Origin: Escherichia coli
Lineage (GTDB): Bacteria > Pseudomonadota > Gammaproteobacteria > Enterobacterales > Enterobacteriaceae
Assembly (NCBI RefSeq): GCF_044647545.1
Contig: NZ_CP172818.1
DNA: 64,000 nt
Direction: 5' to 3' (one strand)
Shown: piece after piece, positions 23,208 to 35,716 of the stretch
Position numbering within the stretch: position 1 is the stretch's first letter
Layout: every line of letters begins with the position of its first letter
Program-made: the position numbers and the translations under genes
Notes under the pieces: model-generated
Seen by the model: only the letters and a program-made list of their open reading frames with translations
What the model was told of the DNA's origin: nothing
Databases searched by the model: none

Positions 23208-23600
23208 ATGAAAAGATTACGCAATAAAATGACCACCGAAGAACTGGCTGAATGCCTCGGTGTGGCTAAACAAACTGTTAACCGTTGGATCAGAGAAAAA
23301 GGCTGGAAAACGGAAAAATTTCCCGGCGTGAAAGGAGGTCGTGCCAGACTTATTCTGGTCGATACGCAAGTTTGCGAGTTTATTCAGAACACGCCAGCCT
23401 TCCATAACACGCCGATGCTTCTGGAAGCCGAAGAACCCCTTGCCGAATACGCACCGGGGATTCGCACTCCTGCTTATCGGCAAATCATCAGCGCAATAGA
23501 CAACATGACTCACAGTGAGCAGGAAAAAGTTGCGCAATTTTTGTCACGCGAAGGAATTCGTAATTTCCTTGCTCGTCTCGATATTGACGAATCAGCATAA
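23208..23600 (+). CDS. yfeD: small putative DNA-binding protein (DUF1323), paralog of yfeC
   Basis: 130 aa; shares the xxELAxxxGxxxQTxNxWxRxxGW...GxKGGxARL...Q core with YfeC. Confidence 0.75.
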   Translation: MKRLRNKMTTEELAECLGVAKQTVNRWIREKGWKTEKFPGVKGGRARLILVDTQVCEFIQNTPAFHNTPMLLEAEEPLAEYAPGIRTPAYRQIISAIDNMTHSEQEKVAQFLSREGIRNFLARLDIDESA

Positions 23601-23601
23601 A

Positions 23602-23645
23602 TAAAAAAACGGCAGGATATTATCTCCTGCCGTTTATCTTTTTAT
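23602..23645. terminator. bidirectional intrinsic terminator between yfeD and gltX
   Basis: A-run, hairpin acggcagga-tattatc-tcctgccgt (23609-23633), then T-rich tract. Confidence 0.6.
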
Positions 23646-23652
23646 ACGCTAA

Positions 23653-25068
23653 TTACTGCTGGTTTTCGCGTTCAGCAATAAAGGCCAGCGCTTTGTTGAT
23701 ACGCTCAATGCTACGAGTCTTACCGATCGCGTGAACGGTAACATCCAGCGCTGGAGACTGCCCCGCACCGGTTACGGCGACACGCAGCGGCATACCAACT
23801 TTACCCATACCCACTTCCAGCTCATCCGCCGTCGCCTGAATAGCGTGATGAACGTTTTCAGCGGTCCAGTCAGTAATCGCAGTCAGTTTGTCACGAACCA
23901 CTTCCAGCGGCTGACGCGCTACCGGACGCAGATGTTTTTTCGCGGCGTCGGCATCGAACTCAGCAAAATCTTCGTAGAAATAACGGCAGCTCTGTGCCAT
24001 CTCTTTCAGCGTCTTGCAGCGTTCGCCCAGCAGTTTCACCAGATCAGCCAGCTGCGGGCCGTTACGGGTATCGATATTTTCCTGCTCAATGTGCCACTGT
24101 AAGTGAGTAGCAACATACTCCGGCGGCAGCGCGTTAATGTAGTGATGGTTCAGCCACAGCAGCTTGTCGGTGTTGAACGCACTGGCAGATTTGCTGACGG
24201 CATTCAGAGTGAAGTATTTGATCATCTCTTCACGAGTGAAGATTTCCTGATCGCCGTGGGACCAGCCCAGACGCACCAGATAGTTCAGCAGTGCTTCTGG
24301 CAGATAACCATCATCACGATACTGCATTACGCTGACCGCCCCGTGACGTTTGGACAGTTTTTTACCGTCATCGCCGTTGATCATAGAAACGTGCGCGTAA
24401 ACCGGTACCGGCGCTTTCAGGGCTTTAAGAATGTTGATCTGGCGCGGCGTGTTGTTGATATGGTCTTCGCCACGGATAACATGGGTGATTTCCATATCCC
24501 AGTCATCAACAACCACACAGAAGTTATAGGTTGGGGAACCATCGGTACGACGGATAATCAGATCATCCAGCTCCTGGTTGCTGAACTCAATCGGGCCACG
24601 GATCTGATCGTCAAAAACAACAGAACCTTCCTGCGGGTTAGCAAAACGTACAACGCACGGTTCATCATCAGCATGATGCTCATGGCTGTGGCGGCAGCGA
24701 CCGTCATAACGCGGCTTCTCACCTTTCGCCATTTGCTCTTCGCGCAGCGCTTCCAGGCGCTCTTTAGAGCAATAGCATTTATAAGCTGTGCCCTCTTCCA
24801 GCATCTGATCGATCACCGCGTTGTAGCGATCAAAACGTTTGGTCTGGTAGTACGGACCTTCATCCCACTCCAGGCTCAGCCAGTTCATGCCATCCATAAT
24901 GGCTTCGATAGCTTCCGGCGTGGAACGCTCAAGATCGGTGTCTTCAATACGCAGCACGAACTCACCGCCGTGGTTACGTGCAAAAAGCCAGGAGTAAAGA
25001 GCAGTACGCGCGCCGCCAACGTGCAGATAGCCTGTTGGGCTTGGCGCGAAGCGAGTTTTGATTTTCAT
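23653..25068 (-). CDS. gltX: glutamyl-tRNA synthetase
   Basis: 471 aa; class I HIGH-type motif ([12 protein letters not shown]) and KLSKR (KMSKS-type) motif. Confidence 0.96.
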
Positions 25069-25326
25069 GAAATGGCCTTACGTTTAGAAAGATGCCGACA
25101 ACCGGCAAATCCTGGAAAAATTGAGTGGGCGATATTCTATCACTCCCGCCTGATTCCTCAATGTAGTTCGGGTTGCAACCTTACGCATTATTGTTTTCGT
25201 TGACAAATTGCGCAACACGGTCTGTTTTGCGATCATCTTGCTTAAATTTACGACGAACGAACAATTTCTTTAGAAAATGCGTTGACTCATTTTGAACTCT
25301 CCCTATAATGCGACTCCACACAGCGG

Positions 25327-25402
25327 GGGTGATTAGCTCAGCTGGGAGAGCACCTCCCTTACAAGGAGGGGGTCGGCGGTTCGATCCCGTCATCACCCAC
25401 CA
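25327..25402 (+). tRNA. valU: tRNA-Val (UAC)
   Basis: 76 nt GGGTGATTAGCTCAGCTGGGAGAGCACCTCCCTTACAAGGAGGGGGTCGGCGGTTCGATCCCGTCATCACCCACCA. Confidence 0.95.
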
Positions 25403-25446
25403 ACTACTTTATGTAGTCTCCGCCGTGTAGCAAGAAATTGAGAAGT

Positions 25447-25522
25447 GGGTGATTAGCTCAGCTGGGAGAGCACCTCCCTTACAAGGAGGGGGTCGGCGGT
25501 TCGATCCCGTCATCACCCACCA
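25447..25522 (+). tRNA. valX: tRNA-Val (UAC)
   Basis: Identical 76-nt tRNA-Val sequence. Confidence 0.95.
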
Positions 25523-25568
25523 CTTTCTCGCCAGCTAGATTTCTTGTAAAAATGTGAAGTACCGAAGT

Positions 25569-25644
25569 GGGTGATTAGCTCAGCTGGGAGAGCACCTCCC
25601 TTACAAGGAGGGGGTCGGCGGTTCGATCCCGTCATCACCCACCA
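25569..25644 (+). tRNA. valY: tRNA-Val (UAC)
   Basis: Identical 76-nt tRNA-Val sequence. Confidence 0.95.
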
Positions 25645-25648
25645 CTTC

Positions 25649-25724
25649 GGGTCGTTAGCTCAGTTGGTAGAGCAGTTGACTTTTAATCAATTGGTCGCAG
25701 GTTCGAATCCTGCACGACCCACCA
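25649..25724 (+). tRNA. lysV: tRNA-Lys (UUU)
   Basis: 76 nt GGGTCGTTAGCTCAGTTGGTAGAGCAGTTGACTTTTAATCAATTGGTCGCAGGTTCGAATCCTGCACGACCCACCA. Confidence 0.95.
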
Positions 25725-25729
25725 ATGTA

Positions 25730-25756
25730 AAAAAGCGCCCTAAAGGCGCTTTTTTG
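25730..25756 (+). terminator. intrinsic terminator of the Val-Val-Val-Lys tRNA operon
   Basis: Hairpin agcgcc-ctaa-aggcgct followed by TTTTT. Confidence 0.65.
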
Positions 25757-25834
25757 CTATCTGCAATTTGCGAAATTGCCTGATGCGCTTCGCTTATCAG
25801 ACCAACTATGTCCGGCAGTTCCCGTGCCTCTCAT

Positions 25835-26719
25835 CTACTGCGCCAACGCCGCCAGCAGTTTAACCAGCGCGGGCGTCACCTGCTGCGTTTCATAAACAAT
25901 ATATAAGTCTGCCGGGATGCGTTCTTTGAGCGGACGGAATATGACACCGGGCCAGTTCATCTGCGCGTAGCTGTCCGCTATCAATGTGATACCAATACCC
26001 ATACTGACCATGGCGAGTACCGTTTGCGGTTCATTAACTTCGCGAATAACAACCGGTGAAAATCCCACCTGCTGGCAAACTCGCTGCAAAAAATCCCAGT
26101 CAGTGTACACGGGCGGCATTGTAACGAAATACTCGTCACGTAGCGCTTCCAGCGGGACGGTGGAAAATGATGAGAGATGATGCTCTTCAGGCATCGCCAC
26201 CAGAAACGCCGATTCATGCAACCGTAAGCTGGTAAAACCAGTCGGTGGTTCTGTCGCCATTCGCCAGATCCCGGCATCAAGTTCGCGGCGTTCCAGCAAG
26301 GCCATTTGCATCGCGGGCATCTTTTCGCGAAACAGAACTTCAACGTTAGGATTTTCTCTAAGGAATCGCCGCATAACCGGGCGCATCCGTCCCCACATTG
26401 CCGTTCCCACAACCCCGAGTTCAATCCGCCCTGCTTCTCCCCGACCTATTTGTTCAACCCGAGCCAATACATTATTTGCATTCACCAACAATCGACGCGA
26501 TTCTTCCATCAAGATTTTGCCCGCGTGTGTCAGTACGACGCTGCGTGAATGGCGAATAAAAAGCTGCGTGCCAAGTTGATTTTCCAGCTCTTTAATATGA
26601 ATACTGAGCGGAGGCTGAGACATATTTAAACGCGCTGCTGCGCGACCAAAATGCAACTCTTCCGCTACGGCAAGAAAATAACGGAGCAACTTAAGATCTG
26701 TTCTATATACGCGTTCCAT
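25835..26719 (-). CDS. xapR: LysR-family activator of the xanthosine operon
   Basis: Start at reverse-strand ATG 26717-26719 gives 294 aa MERVYRTDLKLLRYFLAVAEELHFGRAA (LysR HTH). Confidence 0.88.
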   Translation of the reverse strand: MERVYRTDLKLLRYFLAVAEELHFGRAAARLNMSQPPLSIHIKELENQLGTQLFIRHSRSVVLTHAGKILMEESRRLLVNANNVLARVEQIGRGEAGRIELGVVGTAMWGRMRPVMRRFLRENPNVEVLFREKMPAMQMALLERRELDAGIWRMATEPPTGFTSLRLHESAFLVAMPEEHHLSSFSTVPLEALRDEYFVTMPPVYTDWDFLQRVCQQVGFSPVVIREVNEPQTVLAMVSMGIGITLIADSYAQMNWPGVIFRPLKERIPADLYIVYETQQVTPALVKLLAALAQ

Positions 26720-26971
26720 AATTAAGTGCTCCATATAAAAAAATATATCGTATTAAATTATCATGGCATAAAGTATTTCACCACCAGATATCCGACATAC
26801 ATAAACACGATGGATAATATACCCGGCAATACATTTGGAACAGGAATAGGTAATCGCACGATTGTAAACAAAGCACCAATGCCAAAACCAACGCCAGAAG
26901 AAAATAAAATATCTTTCACTAATTAACCTTTATCATAAAAGCAGCCCCAAGGAACAGAGCTGCGAATCCTT

Positions 26972-28228
26972 TTAATGTGTAACTGAACGATGCGTTATCT
27001 TTTCAGGGTCATGGTTATATTTAAACCCAAAGAAAAATATCACTGCGAGGAAAAGAGCATACCCTGCAAACATCAGCCAAATGGTATGCCAATCTTTTAC
27101 GCCATCCACCGAGAAGTAATCCACTGCCATACCGCTCAGAATCGAGCCAACCCATGCGCCGACGCCATTTACCATCGTCATAAAAAGGCCCTGGGCGCTG
27201 GCACGAATGCTGGAATCAACTTCCTGTTCGACAAAGACCGAACCAGAAATATTGAAGAAATCGAATGCACAACCGTAAACAATCATCGACAGCAGCAACA
27301 AAATAAACCCGGTTGGTGATGGGTCGCCATAGGCAAAGAAGCCAAAGCGCAGCGTCCACGCCACCATACTCATCAGCATGACGGTTTTAATACCGAAACG
27401 CTTCAAAAAGAACGGTATCGTCAGAATGAAACCGACTTCAGCCATCTGTGAAACTGACAGTAAAATGGACGGGTATTTCACCACGAAGCTATCAGCAAAC
27501 TCAGGATTACGGGCGAAATCATGCAGGAACGGGTTGCCAAAAACGTTGGTAATTTGCAGCACCGCACCCAGCATCATGGCGAAGAGGAAAAAGATAGCCA
27601 TGCGTGGATTTTTAAACAGCACGAAGGCATCCAGGCCCAGCTTGCTGGCAAGCGATGTAGTCGCTTTTTTCTCCGCAACCGGAATCTTCGGCAAAGTCAG
27701 CGCATAAGCCGACAGCAGCAATGACGCACCGGACGCGATATACAGTTGCAGACTACTCAATTCCAGATGCAGCAGGCTTACTGCCCACATGGCGACAATG
27801 AACCCCACCGTACCAAAAACGCGAATGGGCGGGAAAGCGGTCACCGGGTCAAGCCCTGCCTGGGCAAGACAGGAATAAGAGACGCTGTTCGATAACGCAA
27901 TAGTCGGCATAAACGCCATCGCATTGACTAACATCACCCAAAACATCATATCCGGATCAGTTACGGATGCCGCATAAAAAAGTACGCCCGCACACACCAG
28001 GTGACACAGCATGTATGCACGTTCTGCACGCAGCCATTTGTCTGCGATGATCCCCATTATACCAGGCATAATAATCGCGGCGATCCCTTTGGAACTGTAA
28101 ACCATGCCAACATTAGCGCCGGTGAAATGAAGGGTATTAATCATGTAAGAACCGAGGGTAACCAGCCAGCTCCCCCAGATAAAATATTGCAAAAAGGACA
28201 TTACCTTTAAGCGCAAAGCGATGCTCAT
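26972..28228 (-). CDS. xapB: xanthosine/nucleoside:H+ symporter (MFS, NHS family)
   Basis: 418 aa, 12-TM MFS transporter; synteny with xapA and xapR. Confidence 0.9.
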   Translation of the reverse strand: MSIALRLKVMSFLQYFIWGSWLVTLGSYMINTLHFTGANVGMVYSSKGIAAIIMPGIMGIIADKWLRAERAYMLCHLVCAGVLFYAASVTDPDMMFWVMLVNAMAFMPTIALSNSVSYSCLAQAGLDPVTAFPPIRVFGTVGFIVAMWAVSLLHLELSSLQLYIASGASLLLSAYALTLPKIPVAEKKATTSLASKLGLDAFVLFKNPRMAIFFLFAMMLGAVLQITNVFGNPFLHDFARNPEFADSFVVKYPSILLSVSQMAEVGFILTIPFFLKRFGIKTVMLMSMVAWTLRFGFFAYGDPSPTGFILLLLSMIVYGCAFDFFNISGSVFVEQEVDSSIRASAQGLFMTMVNGVGAWVGSILSGMAVDYFSVDGVKDWHTIWLMFAGYALFLAVIFFFGFKYNHDPEKITHRSVTH

Positions 28229-28287
28229 AATCGTTTCCTTGTCGCATCATATGGCCTCACCCGCGAGGCCGTTTCTTATTGTTTTTC

Positions 28288-29121
28288 TCAGGCAATTTTG
28301 CGCAGAAAGCCACAAATAAGGTTGATGAAGTTCTGCTTAGAGAGCTCCGCAGCCGCCAGCGTTTGCGCATGTGACAATTTCACATCGCTTAAACCTTCCG
28401 CCATATTGGTAATCGCAGAGACCGCAACGACTTTAAGTTCGCAATGGCGAGCAGAAATAACCTCAGGCACCACAGACATACCAACAACATCCCCACCAAT
28501 AATTTGCATCATGCGAATTTCCGCCGCAGTCTCGAAATTCGGACCCGGATACGAGACGAACACGCCCTCCGTCAGAGGGAACCCCTCTTCTTTCGCCACT
28601 TTTTGTAACAGTGCGCGGTATTCCGCATCGTAGGCATTCGCCAGCGAGAAGAAGCGCTCACCAAAACGTTCATCATTAAGACCCACCATCGGCGTTCCCG
28701 GCATGGTGTTGATATGATCTTTCAATGCGACCAGACTGCCGGCCCCCACTTCAGGACGCAGTGAGCCAGCCGCATTGGTGCTGAACAGCAACTCGCAGCC
28801 CAGCAACTTAAAGGTACGGATTGCATCCGTCATGATGGTCATCCCACGACCTTCGTAGAAATGTCCGCGACCTTTCATGCACACCACTGGCACCCCCTGG
28901 AGATAACCCAGCACCAGCTCACCCGCATGGCCATGTACGGTACTTACCGGGAACCCAGGCAGCTTTTCGTAGGAAATTGCGACCGCGTTCTCAATCTGAT
29001 CGGCCAGCGCGCCCAGCCCGGAACCTAAAATAAAGGCCACTCGTGGCGTGAAATCAGGTTTATAAGTCTTGATAATATCTACGCAATACAGTGGGTTATG
29101 AGAAAACTGAGCCTGATACAT
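28288..29121 (-). CDS. xapA: purine nucleoside phosphorylase II (xanthosine phosphorylase)
   Basis: 277 aa PNP/MTAP-family protein. Confidence 0.92.
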   Translation of the reverse strand: MYQAQFSHNPLYCVDIIKTYKPDFTPRVAFILGSGLGALADQIENAVAISYEKLPGFPVSTVHGHAGELVLGYLQGVPVVCMKGRGHFYEGRGMTIMTDAIRTFKLLGCELLFSTNAAGSLRPEVGAGSLVALKDHINTMPGTPMVGLNDERFGERFFSLANAYDAEYRALLQKVAKEEGFPLTEGVFVSYPGPNFETAAEIRMMQIIGGDVVGMSVVPEVISARHCELKVVAVSAITNMAEGLSDVKLSHAQTLAAAELSKQNFINLICGFLRKIA

Positions 29122-29369
29122 ATATATCCTTTTTTTGTAGGGTGGAATCTAACGCCTTTTTATAACGAGATTGCCCTAACTCATACCAATACACTTTTTT
29201 CATGTATCCGATAGTTATTCGATATCGATATATTTATATTTTTTCACTATTAATAGACGGAAAAAACTGTATTGGTACTCTCCTTTCCATTGCATTAACA
29301 ATATGCCGCTTTTAATCAACCCTTTTATTAAGCAATCAACTAATAACGATCGGCATAGGGAATTATGCT

Positions 29370-30134
29370 ATGAAAAAACATCTTTTTACTCTGACACTCT
29401 CTTCTGTATTGGCGATACCAGCAGTATCCCATGCAGAATTTAAAGGCGGTTTTGCTGATATAGGTATTCATTATCTTGACTGGACTAGCAGAACCACTGA
29501 GAAATCGTCGACCAAATCACACAAAGATGATTTTGGATATCTGGAACTGGAAGGCGGCGCTAACTTTAGTTGGGGAGAAATGTACGGGTTCTTCGACTGG
29601 GAAAACTTTTATAATAATCGTCATGATAAACCGGGTAGCGAGCAGCGTTACACATTTAAAAATACCAACCGTATTTACCTGGGTGACACCGGATTTAATC
29701 TCTACTTGCATGCGTATGGCACCTACGGTTCTGCGAATCGTGTGAATTTCCATGACGATATGTTCCTTTACGGGATCGGCTACAATTTCACCGGCAGCGG
29801 TTGGTGGTTCAAACCGTTCTTTGCAAAACGCTATACAGACCAAACCTATTATACCGGCGATAACGGTTATGTCGCCGGTTGGGTTGCAGGTTACAGCTTT
29901 ATGCTGGGCAGTGAGAAATTCACCCTCACCAACTGGAACGAGTACGAGTTTGATCGTGATGCCACCTACGCGGCAGGTAATGGCGGCAAAGAAGGTCTGA
30001 ACGGTGCCGTCGCACTTTGGTGGAATGCAACTTCACACATCACCACAGGGATTCAGTATCGTTATGCGGATGACAAACTGGGCGAAGATTTTTACCAGGA
30101 TGCAATAATCTACTCCATCAAATTTAATTTCTGA
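29370..30134 (+). CDS. yfeN: putative outer-membrane beta-barrel protein
   Basis: 254 aa; signal peptide ending AVSHA; aromatic-rich alternating pattern; C-terminal ...YSIKFNF (terminal Phe). Confidence 0.8.
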   Translation: MKKHLFTLTLSSVLAIPAVSHAEFKGGFADIGIHYLDWTSRTTEKSSTKSHKDDFGYLELEGGANFSWGEMYGFFDWENFYNNRHDKPGSEQRYTFKNTNRIYLGDTGFNLYLHAYGTYGSANRVNFHDDMFLYGIGYNFTGSGWWFKPFFAKRYTDQTYYTGDNGYVAGWVAGYSFMLGSEKFTLTNWNEYEFDRDATYAAGNGGKEGLNGAVALWWNATSHITTGIQYRYADDKLGEDFYQDAIIYSIKFNF

Positions 30135-30171
30135 TTGATTACTGCCGGGGCTCCCGGCAGTATGAATAGCT

Positions 30172-31098
30172 CTATATCTGATACAGCGGATCCCCTTCCC
30201 GCCCAGCCATTAGCGCACGGCCCTGGCCTCGTACCACGTCCCATAACGCTTGTGCGGCGGTGGAAAGTGAACGGTTCTTCCTGCGCACCAGCATCAACTG
30301 GCGTTCCACCACCGGCGTAATGCGCTTTACCACCAGCGGGCTACCTTCAGGCAATGGTAGCGCCAGTGCGGGAAGAATACTGATGCCGATGCCTGCGGCT
30401 ACCATCGGGAACAGCGTCGCCGGATGTCCAATCTCCTGCACAATATTCGCCTGAATACCATTGCGCGCCAGAGCTGCGTCAATCAGCGGTCGGCTGCCTG
30501 ACGCGTAATCCTGCAACACCAATTTCGCCCCCTGTAATGCCTGCCAGGGTACATAATCTTCCGCGGCCAAAGCGCTATCGCGATGGCAAAGCAGAAAGAA
30601 AGGCTCGGAAAGAATCGCTTCACATTGCAGATCGCCCACTGGGCCTGGATCGATGACGATGCCAAAGTCGACATCTCCCTGGCGAATACTTTCCATCACC
30701 CACTGCTGCGGACGATCGTGCAGGATAAACTGAATATCTGGATAGCGGCGATGGCTTTCAGCAATGCATTGCGGAATAAGATGCGCGGAAATGGTCTGGC
30801 TGGCAGCGACCCGAACTTTTCCGCTCAGTTGTTGCCCCATACGCCCGGTATCGCGCAACGTGCTGTTAAGTTCATCCAGCAGTCGCTCAAGACGCAAAGC
30901 CAACTGCTGCCCTGCATCTGTAAGCACCACTTCACGCGTGGTTCTGTCCAGCAGGCGAACACCAGTATGATTTTCCAGCTCCTTCACACTGTGACTCACT
31001 GCCGACTGGCTCAGGCCGATACGCTCTCCTGCACGACTAAAACTTTTCTCCTGCGCTACTGTGACGAAAACCTTTAATTGTTTTAAAGAATAATTCAT
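30172..31098 (-). CDS. yfeR: LysR-family transcriptional regulator
   Basis: 308 aa; N-terminal LysR HTH ([42 protein letters not shown]). Confidence 0.85.
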   Translation of the reverse strand: MNYSLKQLKVFVTVAQEKSFSRAGERIGLSQSAVSHSVKELENHTGVRLLDRTTREVVLTDAGQQLALRLERLLDELNSTLRDTGRMGQQLSGKVRVAASQTISAHLIPQCIAESHRRYPDIQFILHDRPQQWVMESIRQGDVDFGIVIDPGPVGDLQCEAILSEPFFLLCHRDSALAAEDYVPWQALQGAKLVLQDYASGSRPLIDAALARNGIQANIVQEIGHPATLFPMVAAGIGISILPALALPLPEGSPLVVKRITPVVERQLMLVRRKNRSLSTAAQALWDVVRGQGRALMAGREGDPLYQI

Positions 31099-31187
31099 CT
31101 GTTTTCTTCATGAATGGATGCAATAAATCAATTTTATTTCTCAAACTGGAAGAAGCACAATAGAACCATCGATCATCTGGAGTCTTT

Positions 31188-32186
31188 ATGAAACTTTTTC
31201 GTATCCTCGATCCTTTCACCTTAACCCTGATCACGGTGGTGTTGCTGGCCTCTTTCTTTCCGGCCAGGGGTGATTTCGTTCCCTTCTTTGAAAATCTGAC
31301 TACCGCAGCCATTGCTCTGCTGTTCTTTATGCACGGCGCGAAGTTATCGCGAGAGGCCATTATTGCAGGCGGTGGTCATTGGCGACTGCATTTGTGGGTA
31401 ATGTGCAGCACCTTCGTGCTGTTCCCAATTTTGGGCGTGCTGTTTGCCTGGTGGAAACCGGTAAATGTCGACCCGATGCTCTATTCCGGTTTTCTCTACT
31501 TGTGCATTCTTCCTGCTACCGTGCAGTCTGCAATCGCCTTCACGTCAATGGCGGGCGGTAACGTCGCGGCGGCGGTTTGTTCTGCGTCAGCATCCAGCCT
31601 GCTGGGGATTTTCCTTTCACCATTGCTGGTTGGTCTGGTGATGAATGTTCACGGTGCAGGGGGCAGCCTTGAGCAGGTCGGTAAAATTATGCTGCAACTG
31701 TTGCTGCCATTTGTGTTGGGGCATCTTTCCCGGCCGTGGATTGGTGACTGGGTGTCGCGCAATAAAAAATGGATTGCGAAAACTGACCAGACGTCCATTC
31801 TGTTGGTGGTTTATACAGCGTTCAGCGAAGCCGTCGTTAATGGTATCTGGCATAAAGTTGGCTGGGGATCATTGCTGTTTATCGTGGTGGTCAGCTGCGT
31901 TCTTCTGGCTATTGTGATTGTGATTAACGTCTTTATGGCACGCCGACTGGGCTTCAATAAGGCAGATGAAATTACTATCGTCTTTTGTGGTTCGAAAAAG
32001 AGTCTGGCAAATGGCATCCCGATGGCAAACATTCTGTTCCCCACATCGGTGATCGGTATGATGGTGCTGCCTCTGATGATTTTCCATCAGATCCAATTGA
32101 TGGTCTGTGCGGTGCTGGCGCGTCGATACAAACGCCAGACCGAACAGTTACAGGCGCAGCAGGAAAGCAGCGCCAATAAAGCTTAA
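31188..32186 (+). CDS. yfeH: BASS-family (bile acid:Na+ symporter-like) membrane transporter
   Basis: 332 aa polytopic membrane protein; divergent from yfeR. Confidence 0.82.
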   Translation: MKLFRILDPFTLTLITVVLLASFFPARGDFVPFFENLTTAAIALLFFMHGAKLSREAIIAGGGHWRLHLWVMCSTFVLFPILGVLFAWWKPVNVDPMLYSGFLYLCILPATVQSAIAFTSMAGGNVAAAVCSASASSLLGIFLSPLLVGLVMNVHGAGGSLEQVGKIMLQLLLPFVLGHLSRPWIGDWVSRNKKWIAKTDQTSILLVVYTAFSEAVVNGIWHKVGWGSLLFIVVVSCVLLAIVIVINVFMARRLGFNKADEITIVFCGSKKSLANGIPMANILFPTSVIGMMVLPLMIFHQIQLMVCAVLARRYKRQTEQLQAQQESSANKA

Positions 32187-32401
32187 AGCGGACGCTTCAG
32201 GGGCTGGACCAGTTGCGTCAGCCCCTCAGTTTTAATCAGCAGCGTGATTTGCATTAGCTCACCGAGCTTCCCTGCCGGGAACTCATCTTTGCGGGCAAAC
32301 CACAGCAGATACTCCTCCGGCAGGTCGATTAAGCGACGCCCTTTGTATTTGCCAAACGGCATTATCGTATTGGCTATTTCAATCAGCTGCTCTTTTTCCA
32401 T
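32183..32401 (-). CDS. ypeB: small conserved protein (DUF3820), 72 aa
   Basis: Reverse-strand ATG at 32399-32401 gives MEKEQLIEIANTIMPFGKYKGRRLIDLPEEYLLWF...; start lies just 3' of the ligA stop. Confidence 0.75.
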   Translation of the reverse strand: MEKEQLIEIANTIMPFGKYKGRRLIDLPEEYLLWFARKDEFPAGKLGELMQITLLIKTEGLTQLVQPLKRPL

Positions 32402-32402
32402 C

Positions 32403-34427
<2,025 letters not shown>

Positions 34428-34488
34428 TCAATGCTAAAAACCCCCGACAAGCGGGGGTTCGAAAAGGAGTTAATTTGCCTTAAGTGTA

Positions 34489-35487
34489 TCAGGCGTTGGC
34501 GTCTTTGACTTCGCGGATGATGTCCTGGTACTCGCGCAATTTCTGCGGAGTCATCATACGGCGCTGATCGTCAAGCACTACACCGCCCACTTCATCGGCA
34601 ATATGCTGCGCAGATTGCAGCATTAGCTTGAAGTTCTGCAGCTCGTCACCGTAAGACGGTACCTGCATAAAGATAGTGACACCCGGAGTAGTGAAATCCT
34701 TCATTTCAGGATCAAAGGTTCCCGGTTTCACCATATTCGCCAGGCTAAATAACGCCGGGCCGCTGCCATCCGGGCTAAGATGACGATGGTAAATATTCAT
34801 ATCGCCAAAAATGAAGCCCGCTTGTTGAATGCTGTTAAGAAGCAGTTCACCGTTTAGCTCGCTACCGTGATGCGCCGCGACGTTCATGATAATCACCGCT
34901 TCTTTGCGCTTCGGTTTATCCATAACTGGAGCCGGTTCCGCTACAGGCTCAGGCTGTGGTGCCGCTACAGGCTCTGCAGGCTGGAAAGCCTGTTGTGCCG
35001 GTTGCGGTGCTGAATGCACTGGCTGCGGCGCTGATGCGACCTGTGGCGAAACTGGCTGCTGCAACGGCTGTTCAGGCTGCGGCTGATAGGCAGGCTGCTG
35101 CACGGGTTGCTGCACCGGCTGCGCTGGACGCGGAGCATGTTGCGGCGGTACCTGAGCTTCAGGCGGCTGCTGGACCGGTTGACGCGGCTGCGCAGACGCA
35201 TAAGGCGGTTGGTACTGGTGTTGCGGCGACGGACGAGCAGCCTCATGCTCCTGGGCGTTAGCCGGGGCATGATTCACGCGGTGAACTCGAACCTCACCAA
35301 CGCCCTCATCATCTTCGACATCCTCGTCATAAGAATCGTCGTCACGTTTTGACTTCATTCGTTTTAATGGCCGATCGCGGAACATAGAAGATCGTTCTTT
35401 ACGGCTGGTCCAGAAACCATGTACCAGTAAAGCGATTATGGCGATCGCGCCAACAATGATTAATATCAGACGCAAATCCTGCATCAT
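34489..35487 (-). CDS. zipA: cell division protein ZipA (FtsZ membrane anchor)
   Basis: Start at reverse-strand ATG 35485-35487 ([28 protein letters not shown] anchor); long P/Q-rich linker; C-terminal FtsZ-binding domain; 332 aa. Confidence 0.92.
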
Positions 35488-35716
35488 TATATTCTCTGTT
35501 GTTCTAACACCTTGCCACCACGGCAAACATTTACTCACTAAGAGTATTTGCCGATTACCTCAAGTGCAAGTGCACTATTAACTTTCACAGCACAAAGATA
35601 GATGAAATCGTGCTTTTTGCTGTTTTTTCGAACATATCCTAACTGTCCATTGCGCAATTACCCGGTAAAATACGCAGAATTTTCCTGGGATTGGTCAAAA
35701 GGAGCTCATCCTGATT

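Noticed and set aside
24103-25203. 366-aa plus-strand ORF antisense to gltX
   Set aside because: Lies entirely inside the well-supported gltX coding region; translation has no recognisable motif; classic antisense open frame.
29122-29369. AT-rich 248-bp xapA-yfeN spacer considered as a possible horizontally acquired segment or small RNA locus
   Set aside because: It is the divergent promoter region for xapA (XapR-dependent) and yfeN; AT-richness is typical of promoters and I see no terminator-bounded small transcript.
34880-35260. Repetitive tract flagged as a possible CRISPR or tandem-repeat array
   Set aside because: It is the coding sequence of the ZipA Pro/Gln linker; repeats are imperfect and in-frame, with no spacer-repeat periodicity and no cas genes anywhere in the window.
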